DNA of 64,000 nucleotides from Alphaproteobacteria bacterium (GTDB taxonomy: Bacteria; Pseudomonadota; Alphaproteobacteria; UBA828), in NCBI GenBank assembly GCA_965214705.1, contig OZ243972.1, positions 2,272,001-2,336,000 of the forward strand, read 5' to 3'. Numbering within the stretch: position 1 is the first letter of the stretch; each line of letters begins with the position of its first letter. This document shows positions 9,368 to 19,906 of this stretch, one piece after another. Made by a program: the position numbers and the translations under genes. The notes under the pieces were generated by a model that made no database searches, was not told where the DNA came from, and saw only the letters and a list, made by a program, of their open reading frames with translations.

Positions 9368-10906
9368 TCACGCTGATCCCTCCGCCTCCAGCTCTTCGCG
9401 CAGGGTGCGCTTGAGCACCTTGCCGTAGTTGTTCTTGGGCAGGCCCGCCACGATGCGGTAGGCGCGCGGGCGCTTGAAGCGGGCGATGCTCTCCAGGCAG
9501 AGCCGGTCGAGCCGGTCTTCGGTGACGCTCTGGCCGTCGTGGGGCACGACGAAGGCGACCACCTCCTCCCCCCACTCGGAATGCGCGCGGCCGACGACCG
9601 CGGCCTCGCGCACCGCTTCGTCGCGCAGCAGGACCTCCTCGATCTCGCGCGGGTAGATGTTGGTTCCGCCGGAGATGATCATGTCCTTGGCGCGGTCGAG
9701 CAGGGTGAGGAAGCCGTCCTCGTCGAAGCGGCCGACATCGCCGGTGTGCAGCCAGCCGCCCTTGAGCGCGCTCGCGGTGGCCTCCGGATTCTCCCAGTAG
9801 CCCGGGATCACGACATCGCCGCGCACGATGATCTCGCCGCTCTCTCCCGCAGGGAGGGGGCGGTCCTCTTCATCGACGACGCGCACCTCGACATCGGTGC
9901 GTGCGATCCCGGCCGAGCCCAGGCGTTCGCGGTAGCGCGGGTGATTCCTGTCTTCGTGATAGGCCCTGGAGAGTGCGGTAATCGTCATCGGGCTCTCGCC
10001 CTGTCCGTAGATCTGGGCGAGCTTGGGGCCGAAGGCCGCGAGAGCGCGTTCTACGTCGGCCACGTACATCGGGCCGCCGCCATAGATGATGAGGTCGAGG
10101 TTGGCGGTGTCGGCGCTGCCGAGCGCCGGGCTGTCCAGCAGCCGCACCACCATCGTCGGCGCTGCGAACATGCTGAGGCCGGGGTGCTGCTCGATCAGGT
10201 TGAGCACCTCCGCCGGCTCGAAGCCGCCGCTCTCGGGAATCACGTTGTTCGCGCCCTTGGCGATGAAGGGCAGCGCGTAGAGGCCGGAGCCGTGGGAGAG
10301 CGGCGCCGCATGCAGCACGCAATCGTCGGGCGTGATTGGGTTGAGGTCGGCGAAGTAGCTCAGCGTCATCATCATCAGGTTGCGGTGAGTGATGGTGGCG
10401 CCCTTGGGCCGGCCCGTGGTGCCGCTGGTGTAGAAGAGCCAGGCGGGTTCGTCGGGTCGGGCTGCGGCGGGACCTTCCGCGTCGTGGCCGAGCATGGCGC
10501 GCCAGTCGTCCGAGCCCGCGACCAGCGGCGCTGCAAGGCCCGGCACCTCGCCACGCACGCTCTCGATCCCCTCGGCGTGGCCCTCGTCGGTGATGCAGAG
10601 CCGGGTCCCTGAATTGCCCAGGATGTAGGCGACCTCGCGCGGGTGCAGCTTGGCGTTGACCGGGACCGCGACGAGCCCTGCGTACCAGATGCCGAACAGC
10701 GCTTCCAGGTAGTCCGCCCGGTTCGCCATGACGATGGCCACCCGCTCGCCGGATTCGAGCCCGTGAAGCGCCCGGAGCGCGCCTGCGATCGCCCCGGCAC
10801 GCCCGTGAAGCGTGCCGTAGTGGGCGGTGACCTCGTCGCCGAGCGAGACCGCAGGCCGCTCGGGTAGGCTCCGCGCGGTCTTCGCCAACAGCGCCGCAAT
10901 ATTCAT
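9368..10906 (-). CDS. AMP-forming acyl-CoA synthetase
   Basis: [25 protein letters not shown]-terminal LPKNNYGKV. Confidence 0.93.
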   Translation of the reverse strand: MNIAALLAKTARSLPERPAVSLGDEVTAHYGTLHGRAGAIAGALRALHGLESGERVAIVMANRADYLEALFGIWYAGLVAVPVNAKLHPREVAYILGNSGTRLCITDEGHAEGIESVRGEVPGLAAPLVAGSDDWRAMLGHDAEGPAAARPDEPAWLFYTSGTTGRPKGATITHRNLMMMTLSYFADLNPITPDDCVLHAAPLSHGSGLYALPFIAKGANNVIPESGGFEPAEVLNLIEQHPGLSMFAAPTMVVRLLDSPALGSADTANLDLIIYGGGPMYVADVERALAAFGPKLAQIYGQGESPMTITALSRAYHEDRNHPRYRERLGSAGIARTDVEVRVVDEEDRPLPAGESGEIIVRGDVVIPGYWENPEATASALKGGWLHTGDVGRFDEDGFLTLLDRAKDMIISGGTNIYPREIEEVLLRDEAVREAAVVGRAHSEWGEEVVAFVVPHDGQSVTEDRLDRLCLESIARFKRPRAYRIVAGLPKNNYGKVLKRTLREELEAEGSA

Positions 10907-11073
10907 GGTCGAGCCCCGTTTCCCTCTTTCGTCTCCCGGCCTTCCTATACCTGCGAGGCCAAGGCCGCGCTACCGGCTACAAGCTGCAAACGATCGCGGC
11001 ACAAACGCTTTGTCCGCCATGCTGGCCGCGGTTATTCTCTCCGCCAGACGCGATTCACGGGTTGGGGGGTAGC

Positions 11074-11547
<474 letters not shown>

Positions 11548-11671
11548 GCGGTTCGGGAGTAAATCGTATGACCGCCTGTCATACCAAGGCGCACATCGCC
11601 CGGTGCAAGGCGGGCGTCTTGTGGTGTAGAGTGTCGGTGAGCGCCTGAGAGGCGCGAAGGGGGTAACGAAC

Positions 11672-12151
11672 GTGCAGAAATCGCTTCATATCGACCCGGA
11701 CAAGTGTACCGGATGCCTGCAATGCGAGCTGGCCTGCTCTCACGTGAATGAGGGGGTGTTCAACCCCGCCAAGTCTCGCATCAAGGTGTTCAACTTCCAC
11801 GATCAGGGGCGGATGGTCCCCTACACCTGCACCCAGTGCGACGAGGCGTGGTGCATGCAGGCCTGCCCGGTCGATGCGATCACGCTGGATGCGGAGACCG
11901 GCGCCAAGGTGGTCTCCGATGCGCTCTGCGTGGGCTGCAAGGTGTGTACCATCGCCTGCCCCTTCGGGACCGTGAACTACAACGCGTCCACCGGCAAGGT
12001 GATCAAGTGCGATCTCTGCGGCGGCGATCCCGAGTGCGCCAAGGCGTGCCCGACCGCGGCGATCACCTACGTGGACGCGAACTGGACCGGCCTGGATCGG
12101 ATGCGTCAGTGGGCGGCCAAGACCGACGCCGGCGCGCAAGCCGAGGCCTAG
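11672..12151 (+). CDS. aorA: 4x[4Fe-4S] ferredoxin subunit of aldehyde oxidoreductase
   Basis: CTGCLQCELAC, CTQCDEAWCMQACP, CVGCKVCTIACP, KCDLCGGDPECAKACP; directly upstream of the AOR catalytic gene. Confidence 0.85.
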   Translation: MQKSLHIDPDKCTGCLQCELACSHVNEGVFNPAKSRIKVFNFHDQGRMVPYTCTQCDEAWCMQACPVDAITLDAETGAKVVSDALCVGCKVCTIACPFGTVNYNASTGKVIKCDLCGGDPECAKACPTAAITYVDANWTGLDRMRQWAAKTDAGAQAEA

Positions 12152-12163
12152 GGAGGACTCGTC

Positions 12164-14008
12164 ATGGCATGGGCAAGGAACGTGCTGCGGGTGAACCTCA
12201 CCGAGGGCACCTGCGCGAACGAGCCGTTGAACATGGATTGGGCCCAGAAGTACCTGGGCCAGCGGGGGCTCGCGACCAAGTATCTGGTCGAGGAGACCGA
12301 CCCGAGGGTCGATCCGCTCTCGCCCGATAACAAGATGATCATGACCACCGGCCCGTTGACCGGCACCTGCGCGTCGACGGCCGGGCGCTATTCGGTCGTG
12401 ACCAAGGGCGCGCTCACCGGCGCCATCGCGTGCTCGAACTCCGGCGGCTTCTTCGGCAACGAGATGAAGAACGCCGGCTACGACATGATCATCTTTGAAG
12501 GCCGGTCGCCGAACCCGGTCTACCTCCTGGTCGAGAACGACAACGTCCAGCTGATCGACGCCAGCGAGTTCTGGGGCAAGTCGGTCTGGGACACCGAGGA
12601 GGGGATCAAGGCCAAGCACCAGGATCCGCTGATCCGCGTCGCCTCCATCGGCGTCGCCGGCGAGGCTGGCGTGAAGTTCGCCTGCGTGGTGAACGACATG
12701 CACCGGGCCGCCGGGCGCTCCGGCGTCGGCACGGTGATGGGGTCGAAGAACCTCAAGGCTGTCGCGATCCGCGGCACCCTGGGCGTCTCGGTCGAGGATG
12801 TCGGCTCCTTCATGCAGGCGACCGCCGAGGGCAAGCAGACCCTTGCGGACAACGCCGTCACCGGCCAGGGCCTGCCGGCCTACGGCACCCAGGTGCTGAT
12901 GAACGTCATCAACGAGGTCGGTGCGCTGCCCACCCGCAACCATCGGGACGTGCAGTTCGAGGGCGCGAAGAACATCTCGGCCGAGGCGATGGCCGAGCCC
13001 CGTGCCGACGGCAAGCCGAACCTGGTGACCAACGCCGCCTGCTTCGGCTGCACCATCGCCTGTGGACGGGTTTCCACGGTCGAGCGCAGCCACTACACGG
13101 TGGCGGAGCGGCCGGAGTACCAGATTGCCTCCGGCGGCCTCGAGTACGAGGCGGCCTGGGCGCTGGGCGCGGCAACGGGCGTGGACGATCTCGACGCGCT
13201 CACCTTCGCCAACTTCATCTGCAACGAGCAGGGCATCGACCCGATCTCCTTCGGCGCCACCGTCGGCGCCGCCATGGAGCTCTATGAAGAGGGCGTCATC
13301 GGTGACGCCGAGACCGGCGGCATCGAGTGCAAGTTCGGCTCCGCCAAGGCGCTGACCGACCTCGCCGAGCTCACTGGCAAGGGCGAGGGTTTTGGGGCCG
13401 AGATCGGCCTCGGCTCCAAGCGGCTCTGCGAGAAGTACGGCAAGCCGGAGCTTTCGATGTCGGTCAAGGGCCAGGAGTTCCCGGCCTACGATTCGCGCGG
13501 CATCCAGGGCATGGGCCTCGCCTATGCGACCGCGAACCGGGGCGCCTGCCACCTGCGGGCCTACACCGTCTCGTCCGAGATCCTGGGCGTGCCGGAGAAG
13601 ACCGACCCGCACGTGACCGAAGGCAAGGCGGGTCTGGTCAAGGCCTTCCAGGACGCGACCTCCGCGGTCGATTCTTCCGGCCTCTGCGTCTTCACCACCT
13701 TCGCCTGGTCGCTCGACGACATCGCACCGCAGATCAACGCGGCCTGCGAGGGCGACTGGACGGCGGAGAAGCTGCTGGAAGTCGGCGAGCGGGTCTGGAA
13801 CCTGGAGCGGCAGTACAACTGTGCGGCGGGCTTCACGGGCAAGGACGACAACCTGCCCGCGCGTCTCCTCAAGGACGCGGCGAAGACCGGCCCGGCAGAG
13901 GGGCTCACCAACGGCCTCGACCAGATGCTGCCGGAATACTACGAGGTGCGCGGCTGGACCGACGAGGGCGTGCCCAGCAACGAGACGGTGGAGCGCCTAG
14001 CGCTCTAG
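12164..14008 (+). CDS. aorB: Aldehyde ferredoxin oxidoreductase family catalytic subunit (W-bis-pterin type)
   Basis: SNSGG, AAGRSGVGTVMGSKNLKA, CFGCTIAC 4Fe-4S ligands, LEYE, RGACH. Confidence 0.93.
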   Translation: MAWARNVLRVNLTEGTCANEPLNMDWAQKYLGQRGLATKYLVEETDPRVDPLSPDNKMIMTTGPLTGTCASTAGRYSVVTKGALTGAIACSNSGGFFGNEMKNAGYDMIIFEGRSPNPVYLLVENDNVQLIDASEFWGKSVWDTEEGIKAKHQDPLIRVASIGVAGEAGVKFACVVNDMHRAAGRSGVGTVMGSKNLKAVAIRGTLGVSVEDVGSFMQATAEGKQTLADNAVTGQGLPAYGTQVLMNVINEVGALPTRNHRDVQFEGAKNISAEAMAEPRADGKPNLVTNAACFGCTIACGRVSTVERSHYTVAERPEYQIASGGLEYEAAWALGAATGVDDLDALTFANFICNEQGIDPISFGATVGAAMELYEEGVIGDAETGGIECKFGSAKALTDLAELTGKGEGFGAEIGLGSKRLCEKYGKPELSMSVKGQEFPAYDSRGIQGMGLAYATANRGACHLRAYTVSSEILGVPEKTDPHVTEGKAGLVKAFQDATSAVDSSGLCVFTTFAWSLDDIAPQINAACEGDWTAEKLLEVGERVWNLERQYNCAAGFTGKDDNLPARLLKDAAKTGPAEGLTNGLDQMLPEYYEVRGWTDEGVPSNETVERLAL

Positions 14009-14036
14009 CCCGCATCGTTCGTTACTCTTGTGACGG

Positions 14037-14075
14037 CGGGGGGCCGCGCGCGCTGAACAGGGCGTCGGCCCCCCG
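14037..14075 (+). other. Intercistronic stem-loop between aorB and aorC
   Basis: Perfect 10-bp stem CGGGGGGCCG / CGGCCCCCCG, no U-tract. Confidence 0.55.
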
Positions 14076-14180
14076 GCTTGTATCGGAGAAGACGGCACTG
14101 AACGCGACGAAACGGGCCATTCCCTGCCGCGCACGGGCGCGGGCGCAGGGGACGGCGCGAACAGCCAAGCGGGAGCCAAC

Positions 14181-15428
14181 ATGCAGCATGTGATCGTGGG
14201 TGCCGGCCCGGCCGGCGTGGTCGCAGCCGAAACCTTGCGCAAGGGCGACCGGAACGCCGACATCGTTCTCATCGGCGACGAGCCGGAGCCTCCCTATTCG
14301 CGGATGGCGATCCCTTACGTCCTCGAAGGGATGATCGAGCAGAGCGGGACCTACCTCCGCAAGACTGACGGGCACTACGAGGGCCTCGGCATCCAGTATC
14401 GCCAGGGGCGGGCGGAATCCGTGGCAGCGGCTGACGGCACGCTCACTCTCAGCGGCGGCGAGAGCGTCTCCTACGACCGCCTGCTGATCTCCACCGGCGC
14501 GACCCCGCTCAGCCCGCCGGTGCCCGGCCTCGACCTGCCCGGCGTGCACAACTGCTGGACCCTCGAAGATTGCCGCGGGATCGCCAAGTTGCTCAACGAG
14601 GACGCCAACGTCGTGCTGATCGGCGCAGGCTTCATCGGCTGCATCATCCTGGAGGCGCTCGCCAAGCGCTGCGGCAACCTCACCGTGATCGAGATGGAAG
14701 ACCGCATGGTCTCGCGCATGATGGACGCCACGGCAGGCGGGATGCTGCAACGCTGGTGCGGGGCCAAGAACATCCGCGTCCTGACCTCGACTCGGGTCGC
14801 CGGTATCGAGGCGGCTTCCGGTGCGGGCGGCGACAAGGCGGTGGTGCTGGATAACGGCGAGAAGATCGACGCCCATCTGGTCGTGCTCGCCGTCGGCGTC
14901 GTACCCAATATCGGCTTCCTGGAGGGGAGCGGAATCAAGACCGACCACGGCGTGCTCGTCGATCAGCACCTGGAATCCAGCGCCAAGGGCGTGTTCGCCG
15001 CAGGCGACATGGCCCAGGGCCTCGACTTCTCCACCGGCGAGTACTCGGTGCACGCTATCCAGCCGACCGCGACCGAGCACGGCCGCATCGCGGCGCTCAA
15101 CATGCTGGGGCAGAACGCGCACTACAAGGGCAGCCTCAACATGAACGTGCTGGCGACGGTGGGGCTCGTCTCGAGCTCGTTCGGCAGCTGGGAAGGCGTT
15201 GCCGGCGGCGACAGCGGTGTCGCCGTGGACGAGGACGGGTACAAGTACCTCCGGCTGGAATTCGAGGGCGACCATCTGGTCGGTGCGCTCGGTATCGGGC
15301 TGACCGACCACGTGGGGGTGATCCGCGGCTTGATCCAGAACGAGACTGCGCTCGGCGACTGGAAGGAGCGGCTGCAGGAGAACCCGCACCGGGTGATGGA
15401 GGCCTACGTCGCCCACAGCCAGACCTGA
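14181..15428 (+). CDS. aorC: FAD/NAD-dependent oxidoreductase (AorC-like)
   Basis: VGAGPAG FAD motif, IGAGFIG NAD motif, FAAGD; operon position. Confidence 0.85.
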   Translation: MQHVIVGAGPAGVVAAETLRKGDRNADIVLIGDEPEPPYSRMAIPYVLEGMIEQSGTYLRKTDGHYEGLGIQYRQGRAESVAAADGTLTLSGGESVSYDRLLISTGATPLSPPVPGLDLPGVHNCWTLEDCRGIAKLLNEDANVVLIGAGFIGCIILEALAKRCGNLTVIEMEDRMVSRMMDATAGGMLQRWCGAKNIRVLTSTRVAGIEAASGAGGDKAVVLDNGEKIDAHLVVLAVGVVPNIGFLEGSGIKTDHGVLVDQHLESSAKGVFAAGDMAQGLDFSTGEYSVHAIQPTATEHGRIAALNMLGQNAHYKGSLNMNVLATVGLVSSSFGSWEGVAGGDSGVAVDEDGYKYLRLEFEGDHLVGALGIGLTDHVGVIRGLIQNETALGDWKERLQENPHRVMEAYVAHSQT

Positions 15429-15479
15429 GCCGCGACGGCCGCGATCACGGCGCCACGCTACAGGCTCCGCGAATTCGCC

Positions 15480-15731
15480 ATGAAGGTGACCGTCAAGCTC
15501 TACGCCCTGCTGAGCGACTATCTCCCCGCCGGCGCCGTGGACAACCAGGTGGAGCTCGACCTGGACGACGGCACCACGCCCGAGGATGTGTTCGCCAGGT
15601 TCAACCTGCCCCGCCAGTATTGCTCCATCGTGCTGGTGAACGGCATCTACGTGGAGCCGAGCGAGCGTGGCTCCCACGCGCTGAGCGAGAACGACACGCT
15701 GGCGATCTGGCCGCCCGTGGCCGGTGGTTAG
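15480..15731 (+). CDS. MoaD/ThiS family sulfur carrier (AorD-like)
   Basis: Ubiquitin-like size, C-terminal PPVAGG. Confidence 0.9.
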   Translation: MKVTVKLYALLSDYLPAGAVDNQVELDLDDGTTPEDVFARFNLPRQYCSIVLVNGIYVEPSERGSHALSENDTLAIWPPVAGG

Positions 15732-15773
15732 ACTGGCGAGATCGGCACAAGTCCCCGTCGCACGTCCGAGCCC

Positions 15774-16049
15774 GTGATCTTCGAGAAGGAGATGGCGATC
15801 GAGCGCCACGAGTTCCGGCGCACGCTGCGCCGCGCGCTCCCGGAGGCCCACATCTCGGAGCATGGCGACACGATCACGGTCCGCGAAGGGACCGGCACGC
15901 TGGAAATCACGCTCTCGTCCAGGCCAGAACGCCGCATCGGCCTGCTGGCGCTGCCGGTTCTCGCCGCGCGCTTCCACTACAGCGGTTACGACGACCCCGA
16001 AGGGCATCTCGCCCGGCTCGATATCTCCTTCCAGCGCGGCGGCGGATAG
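15774..16049 (+). CDS. Small hypothetical protein (possible AorE-like)
   Basis: 91 aa ORF ending FQRGGG, fifth gene of the aor cluster. Confidence 0.65.
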   Translation: MIFEKEMAIERHEFRRTLRRALPEAHISEHGDTITVREGTGTLEITLSSRPERRIGLLALPVLAARFHYSGYDDPEGHLARLDISFQRGGG

Positions 16050-16127
16050 CCCTATCGCGCATTGCGCTCGCCGAACTTTCCGTCCACCATCGCGGGCTGT
16101 CTCAAATAAAAAGGGGAGGGACGGGCA

Positions 16128-16571
16128 ATGGCATACACGCGCGCGAAGGTCGTAGAGGAGATCAGTGCGTCGGCTGACCGTGTCTTCGGAGAGATCGGGG
16201 CCTTCAACAATCTGACCGCAATCATGGCGGGCACCATCACGCGGAGCACGCTCAACAAGAAAGGCACGGTGCGGACGCTCAAGGTCAAGGGCGTGAAGGG
16301 CGCGCTCGACGAGACGCTGCTGAAGTACGACACGGCGACGCGCACGCAGGTCTACGCAATCACCGCCGATCCGGACAACATGGTGCCGTTTTCCGACTAC
16401 ACCGCCACCATCAAGGTGAAGCCGGTTACCTCACGGCGCAGCGAGGTGGAGTGGACCAGCCGCTTCGTGCCAAAGAAGGGCAAGACCAAGGCGGAATGCC
16501 TGGAGTTCGTCGAAGGCATCTACCGCACCGGCATCGCGGGCACACGGGAAGTGCTCGGGGTCAAGAAGTAG
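16128..16571 (+). CDS. SRPBCC/START-fold (polyketide cyclase 2, MxaD-like) protein
   Basis: ISASADRVF..IG.F, G.VRTL, YTATIKV, VEWTSRF, C-terminal helix; GGGGAGG RBS. Confidence 0.8.
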   Translation: MAYTRAKVVEEISASADRVFGEIGAFNNLTAIMAGTITRSTLNKKGTVRTLKVKGVKGALDETLLKYDTATRTQVYAITADPDNMVPFSDYTATIKVKPVTSRRSEVEWTSRFVPKKGKTKAECLEFVEGIYRTGIAGTREVLGVKK

Positions 16572-17337
16572 CGCGCGATACCGTCGGCCGCGACGCCGGC
16601 GGATAGAGCACCGCTTCGAGATAGAGGCCGTAGGCCGGCGCCGTCGGGCCGCTCCGGCGCCGGTCGCGGGCCGCGAGCGCGGCGCCCACCTCGGCCGGCG
16701 TCCGCCGGCCGTCGCCCACCTCGACCAGCGTGCCCACAATTGCGCGGACCTGGTGGTGCAGGAAGGAGCGCGCCCAGGCGCGGATCGCGATCTCCTCTCC
16801 GGTTCGCGAGACGGCGAGGCTCTTCAGGGTGCGGACCGGGGAGTCCGCCTGGCACCTCGCAGCCCGAAAGGTCGTGAAGTCGTGGGTGCCTTCCAGCAGG
16901 CGCGCGGCCTCGGCCATGACGCCGGCATCGAGCGGGCGCGCGATGTGCCAGGCGCGGTATTTTTCGAGCGCGAGCGGCGTCTTGCGATTGACGATCCGGT
17001 AGAGATAAACCCGCGCCACGGCATCGCGCCTGGCATCGAAGTCGGGCGGCACTTCGGCCGCGTCGAGAACGACGACCGGCGCGGGCCGCAGGTGTGCGTT
17101 GAGCGCATCGCGCAGCACCGCCGGCTCTGCCTGCCGGGTAAGGTCCAGATGGCAGCACTGGCCCAACGCGTGAACGCCGGAATCAGTGCGGCCCGCGCCG
17201 TGAACGCGGACCTGCTCGCCGCAGAAGCGTTCGACCGCGCGCTCCAGCGCCTCCTGCACCGAGCGCCCGTCGCCCTGATACTGCCAGCCGACGAAGCCGG
17301 TGCCGTCGTATTCGAGGGTCAGCTTGTAGCGGGGCAT
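16561..17337 (-). CDS. truA: tRNA pseudouridine(38-40) synthase
   Basis: YDGTGFVGWQ, GAGRTDSGVHA, SFLHHQVR. Confidence 0.96.
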   Translation of the reverse strand: MPRYKLTLEYDGTGFVGWQYQGDGRSVQEALERAVERFCGEQVRVHGAGRTDSGVHALGQCCHLDLTRQAEPAVLRDALNAHLRPAPVVVLDAAEVPPDFDARRDAVARVYLYRIVNRKTPLALEKYRAWHIARPLDAGVMAEAARLLEGTHDFTTFRAARCQADSPVRTLKSLAVSRTGEEIAIRAWARSFLHHQVRAIVGTLVEVGDGRRTPAEVGAALAARDRRRSGPTAPAYGLYLEAVLYPPASRPTVSRATS

Positions 17338-18257
17338 GGCAGGCGCGTGCCGGCCGCGATCGGGCGCCCGCGCAGGAAGGCGTCCGTCCCCATCGTGGCC
17401 TTGCCGGCGCGTTGAAGGCGGGTCGGGCGCAGCGCGGAACCGTCGCCGCAGGCGACGGTCAGTGCCTTGTCAATGATCGTCCCCGGCGCCGCGCCCGGCG
17501 TTGCGGCAGCTTCTTCGGCCGCCAGCACCTTGATGCGCTCCCCATCGTGATCGAACCAGGCACTGGGTCTCGGCGCGAGCGCGCGCACCGTGCGCTCGAT
17601 TTGCGCCGCCGGCGTGCGCCAGTCGATGACGGCCTCGTTCTTTTTGAGCTTGGCCGCGTAGGTCGCGCCCTCGTTGGACTGCGGTGTCTCCTCAATACTT
17701 CCTGCCGCAAGGGCGTCAATCGCCTCCACCACCAGCGGGGCGGAAAGCGCGGCGAGCGTGTCGTGCAGCGTGCCGCCCGTGGTCTCGGGCCCGATCGGCA
17801 CGCGCTCGGCCATCAGGATGGGACCCGTGTCGAGGCCCTCGTCCATCCGCATGATGGTGACGCCGGTCTCGGTATCGCCCGCCATGATCGCCCGCTGGAT
17901 CGGCGCCGCGCCGCGCCAGCGCGGCAACAGCGAGGCGTGGGCGTTGATGCAGCCGAGCCGGGGTGCCGCCAGCACCGCCGACGGCAGGATCAAGCCATAG
18001 GCGACCGTGACTGTAAGATCAGGTTCGAGCGCCGCGAACGCCGCCTGCGCCTCCTCGGATTTCAGGCTCGGTGGGGTTCTCACCTCGGTCCCGGCAGCCT
18101 CCGCGCGGACGGCCACCGGCGTCGGCCGCACGTTGTGCCCGCGCGCGGCGGCCCGTGGCGGCTGGGTATAGGCGGCGACGACCGTGTGGCCGCTCGCGCA
18201 GAGCGCGTCGAGGGTGGGTACGGCGAAGGCCGGCGTTCCCATGAACACCAGCCTCAT
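17319..18257 (-). CDS. fmt: Methionyl-tRNA formyltransferase
   Basis: MRLVFMGTPAFA, NAHASLLPRWRGAAPIQ, GLDTG; start could extend to 18314. Confidence 0.96.
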   Translation of the reverse strand: MRLVFMGTPAFAVPTLDALCASGHTVVAAYTQPPRAAARGHNVRPTPVAVRAEAAGTEVRTPPSLKSEEAQAAFAALEPDLTVTVAYGLILPSAVLAAPRLGCINAHASLLPRWRGAAPIQRAIMAGDTETGVTIMRMDEGLDTGPILMAERVPIGPETTGGTLHDTLAALSAPLVVEAIDALAAGSIEETPQSNEGATYAAKLKKNEAVIDWRTPAAQIERTVRALAPRPSAWFDHDGERIKVLAAEEAAATPGAAPGTIIDKALTVACGDGSALRPTRLQRAGKATMGTDAFLRGRPIAAGTRLPCPATS

Positions 18258-18315
18258 GGGTTGCATGGGGTCCTGCGCTGGCGAGGCCCGGCTCGCAGAC
18301 GGAACCGCCGCCACC

Positions 18316-18831
18316 TCAGCCGGTGGCGGCGCGGCGCGCCTTGGTCAGCTTGCGCAGGATGATGCTGCGCTTGACCAGCGACAGGTAGTCCACGAAGAGC
18401 ACCCCCTCCAGATGGTCGATTTCGTGCTGGAGGCAGACGGCGAGCGTGCCGACGGCCGTGATCTCCTGCGCCGCGCCGGTCTCGTCCAGATAAGCCACCG
18501 TCACCGATGCCGGTCGCTCCACCTCGGCGTAGTGGTCGGGGAAGGAGAGGCAGCCCTCCTCGCGGCTCACGCGTTCGTCGGAGCGCCAGACGATCTCGGG
18601 ATTGACCAGCTTGAGCGGTGCAGCCGGCTCGTCCGCCAAATGCACGTCGGCCACGATGCAGCGCCTGGGCACGCCGATCTGGATGGCGGCAAGCCCGATG
18701 CCCTCTGCGGCGTGCATCGACTCCATCATGTCATCGAGCAGCGCGCGCACCTCGTCATCGACGACCTCGACAGGTGCGGAGCGCGCCTTCAGCCGCTTGT
18801 CGGGCGCAGTGATGATCGGGCGTATGGCCAT
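18316..18831 (-). CDS. def: Peptide deformylase
   Basis: GIGLAAIQ, EGCLS, QHEIDHL. Confidence 0.97.
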   Translation of the reverse strand: MAIRPIITAPDKRLKARSAPVEVVDDEVRALLDDMMESMHAAEGIGLAAIQIGVPRRCIVADVHLADEPAAPLKLVNPEIVWRSDERVSREEGCLSFPDHYAEVERPASVTVAYLDETGAAQEITAVGTLAVCLQHEIDHLEGVLFVDYLSLVKRSIILRKLTKARRAATG

Positions 18832-18933
18832 CGCGATCGACCGGAACAGGAACCTGCACTTAGCTATGTCGGCGCGCGACGGAGGTCAAGCACCCCCGCC
18901 GGATGAAGCGCGGTATCGCACGCGGTGTCGCGC

Positions 18934-19740
18934 TCAGCGCTTGGTGTCTCGCCAGGCAATGGCGGCGCGCAGGCCCTGGGTCCGCGCGATCTCGAGGAAT
19001 TCGCGCTTGGTGGCCGTGCCCTCACCCTCGATCGCGGTGTCCTCCTCGAGCGCCATCTCGAGTGTCTCGTCGAAGGCCATAATGGCGTACATGCGATTGA
19101 TCGTGGCCTTGGTGCGCCTGAGCAGGGCCGGCTCGATGGCCGCCATGCGGCGGGCGAGGGTGAGCGCGGTCTCGACCTCCTCGCCCACCGGCACGACGCG
19201 GTTGACGAGGCCGATTTCGTAGGCGCGGCGGGCGCCGATCTCGTCCTCGCCGGTGAGCAGGATCTCTTTCGCGTGCTTCGGTCCCGCAAGCCAGGGCAGC
19301 AGCATCACGACGATGCCCGCGCCGAAGCGCAGCTCGGGCTCGCCGAAGCGGGCGTCCTCCGCTGCCACGGTCACGTCGCAGGCGAGCGCAAGCTCGCAAG
19401 CGCCGGCGAGCGCAGGGCCGCGCACCGCGGCCACCGTCGGCTTCGAGAGGTGCCAGAAGCGCATCACAGTATCGAAGTCGTCCCGCAGCACGTCGCGCCA
19501 CTCGGCGACACCTCGGGGCGGGGCCGCGGCCTGCTCCTTGAGATCGAAGCCCGAGGAGAACACGCCGCCCGCCCCGGTCACCACCAGCGCGCGGATCGTC
19601 TCGTCTGCCTCGACTGCATCGCACGCGGCGTTGAGCTCCGCCAGCATGGCGCGGTTCATGGCGTTGGCCCGCTCGGGTCGGTTGAGCGTGAGCAGCCCGA
19701 CCGCCTTCCGTTGCTCGAACGTAATGCATCGATAGTCCAT
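18934..19740 (-). CDS. Enoyl-CoA hydratase/isomerase (crotonase) family
   Basis: LNRPERANAM, FSSGFDL, ALAGACELALACD, FGEPE. Confidence 0.9.
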   Translation of the reverse strand: MDYRCITFEQRKAVGLLTLNRPERANAMNRAMLAELNAACDAVEADETIRALVVTGAGGVFSSGFDLKEQAAAPPRGVAEWRDVLRDDFDTVMRFWHLSKPTVAAVRGPALAGACELALACDVTVAAEDARFGEPELRFGAGIVVMLLPWLAGPKHAKEILLTGEDEIGARRAYEIGLVNRVVPVGEEVETALTLARRMAAIEPALLRRTKATINRMYAIMAFDETLEMALEEDTAIEGEGTATKREFLEIARTQGLRAAIAWRDTKR

Positions 19741-19906
19741 CGCAGGCCTCCGGAACGGGTGCGCGAGGCACGACGATACCATTCTGTGTTCGCAAACCGG
19801 CCGGCGGCCGGCCGTGGCGTGCGGACCGGCACTCATTTAGCATAGCCCCGATGACCGGGCGCTCGCCCGGACGGACGTTGCAACCCCGGGTTCTCAGGAG
19901 GACTCC

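Noticed and set aside
9328-9370. Possible dif/Xer site (CATAA...TTATG)
   Set aside because: The arms are 22 nt apart rather than 6, and the XerD arm does not match.
11579-16007. Long antisense ORFs (677 aa, 661 aa) and similar ones at 34980-36965, 37503-39554, 46247-48238, 60926-62806
   Set aside because: They mirror well-supported genes on the opposite strand, carry no motifs, and are expected in high-GC DNA.
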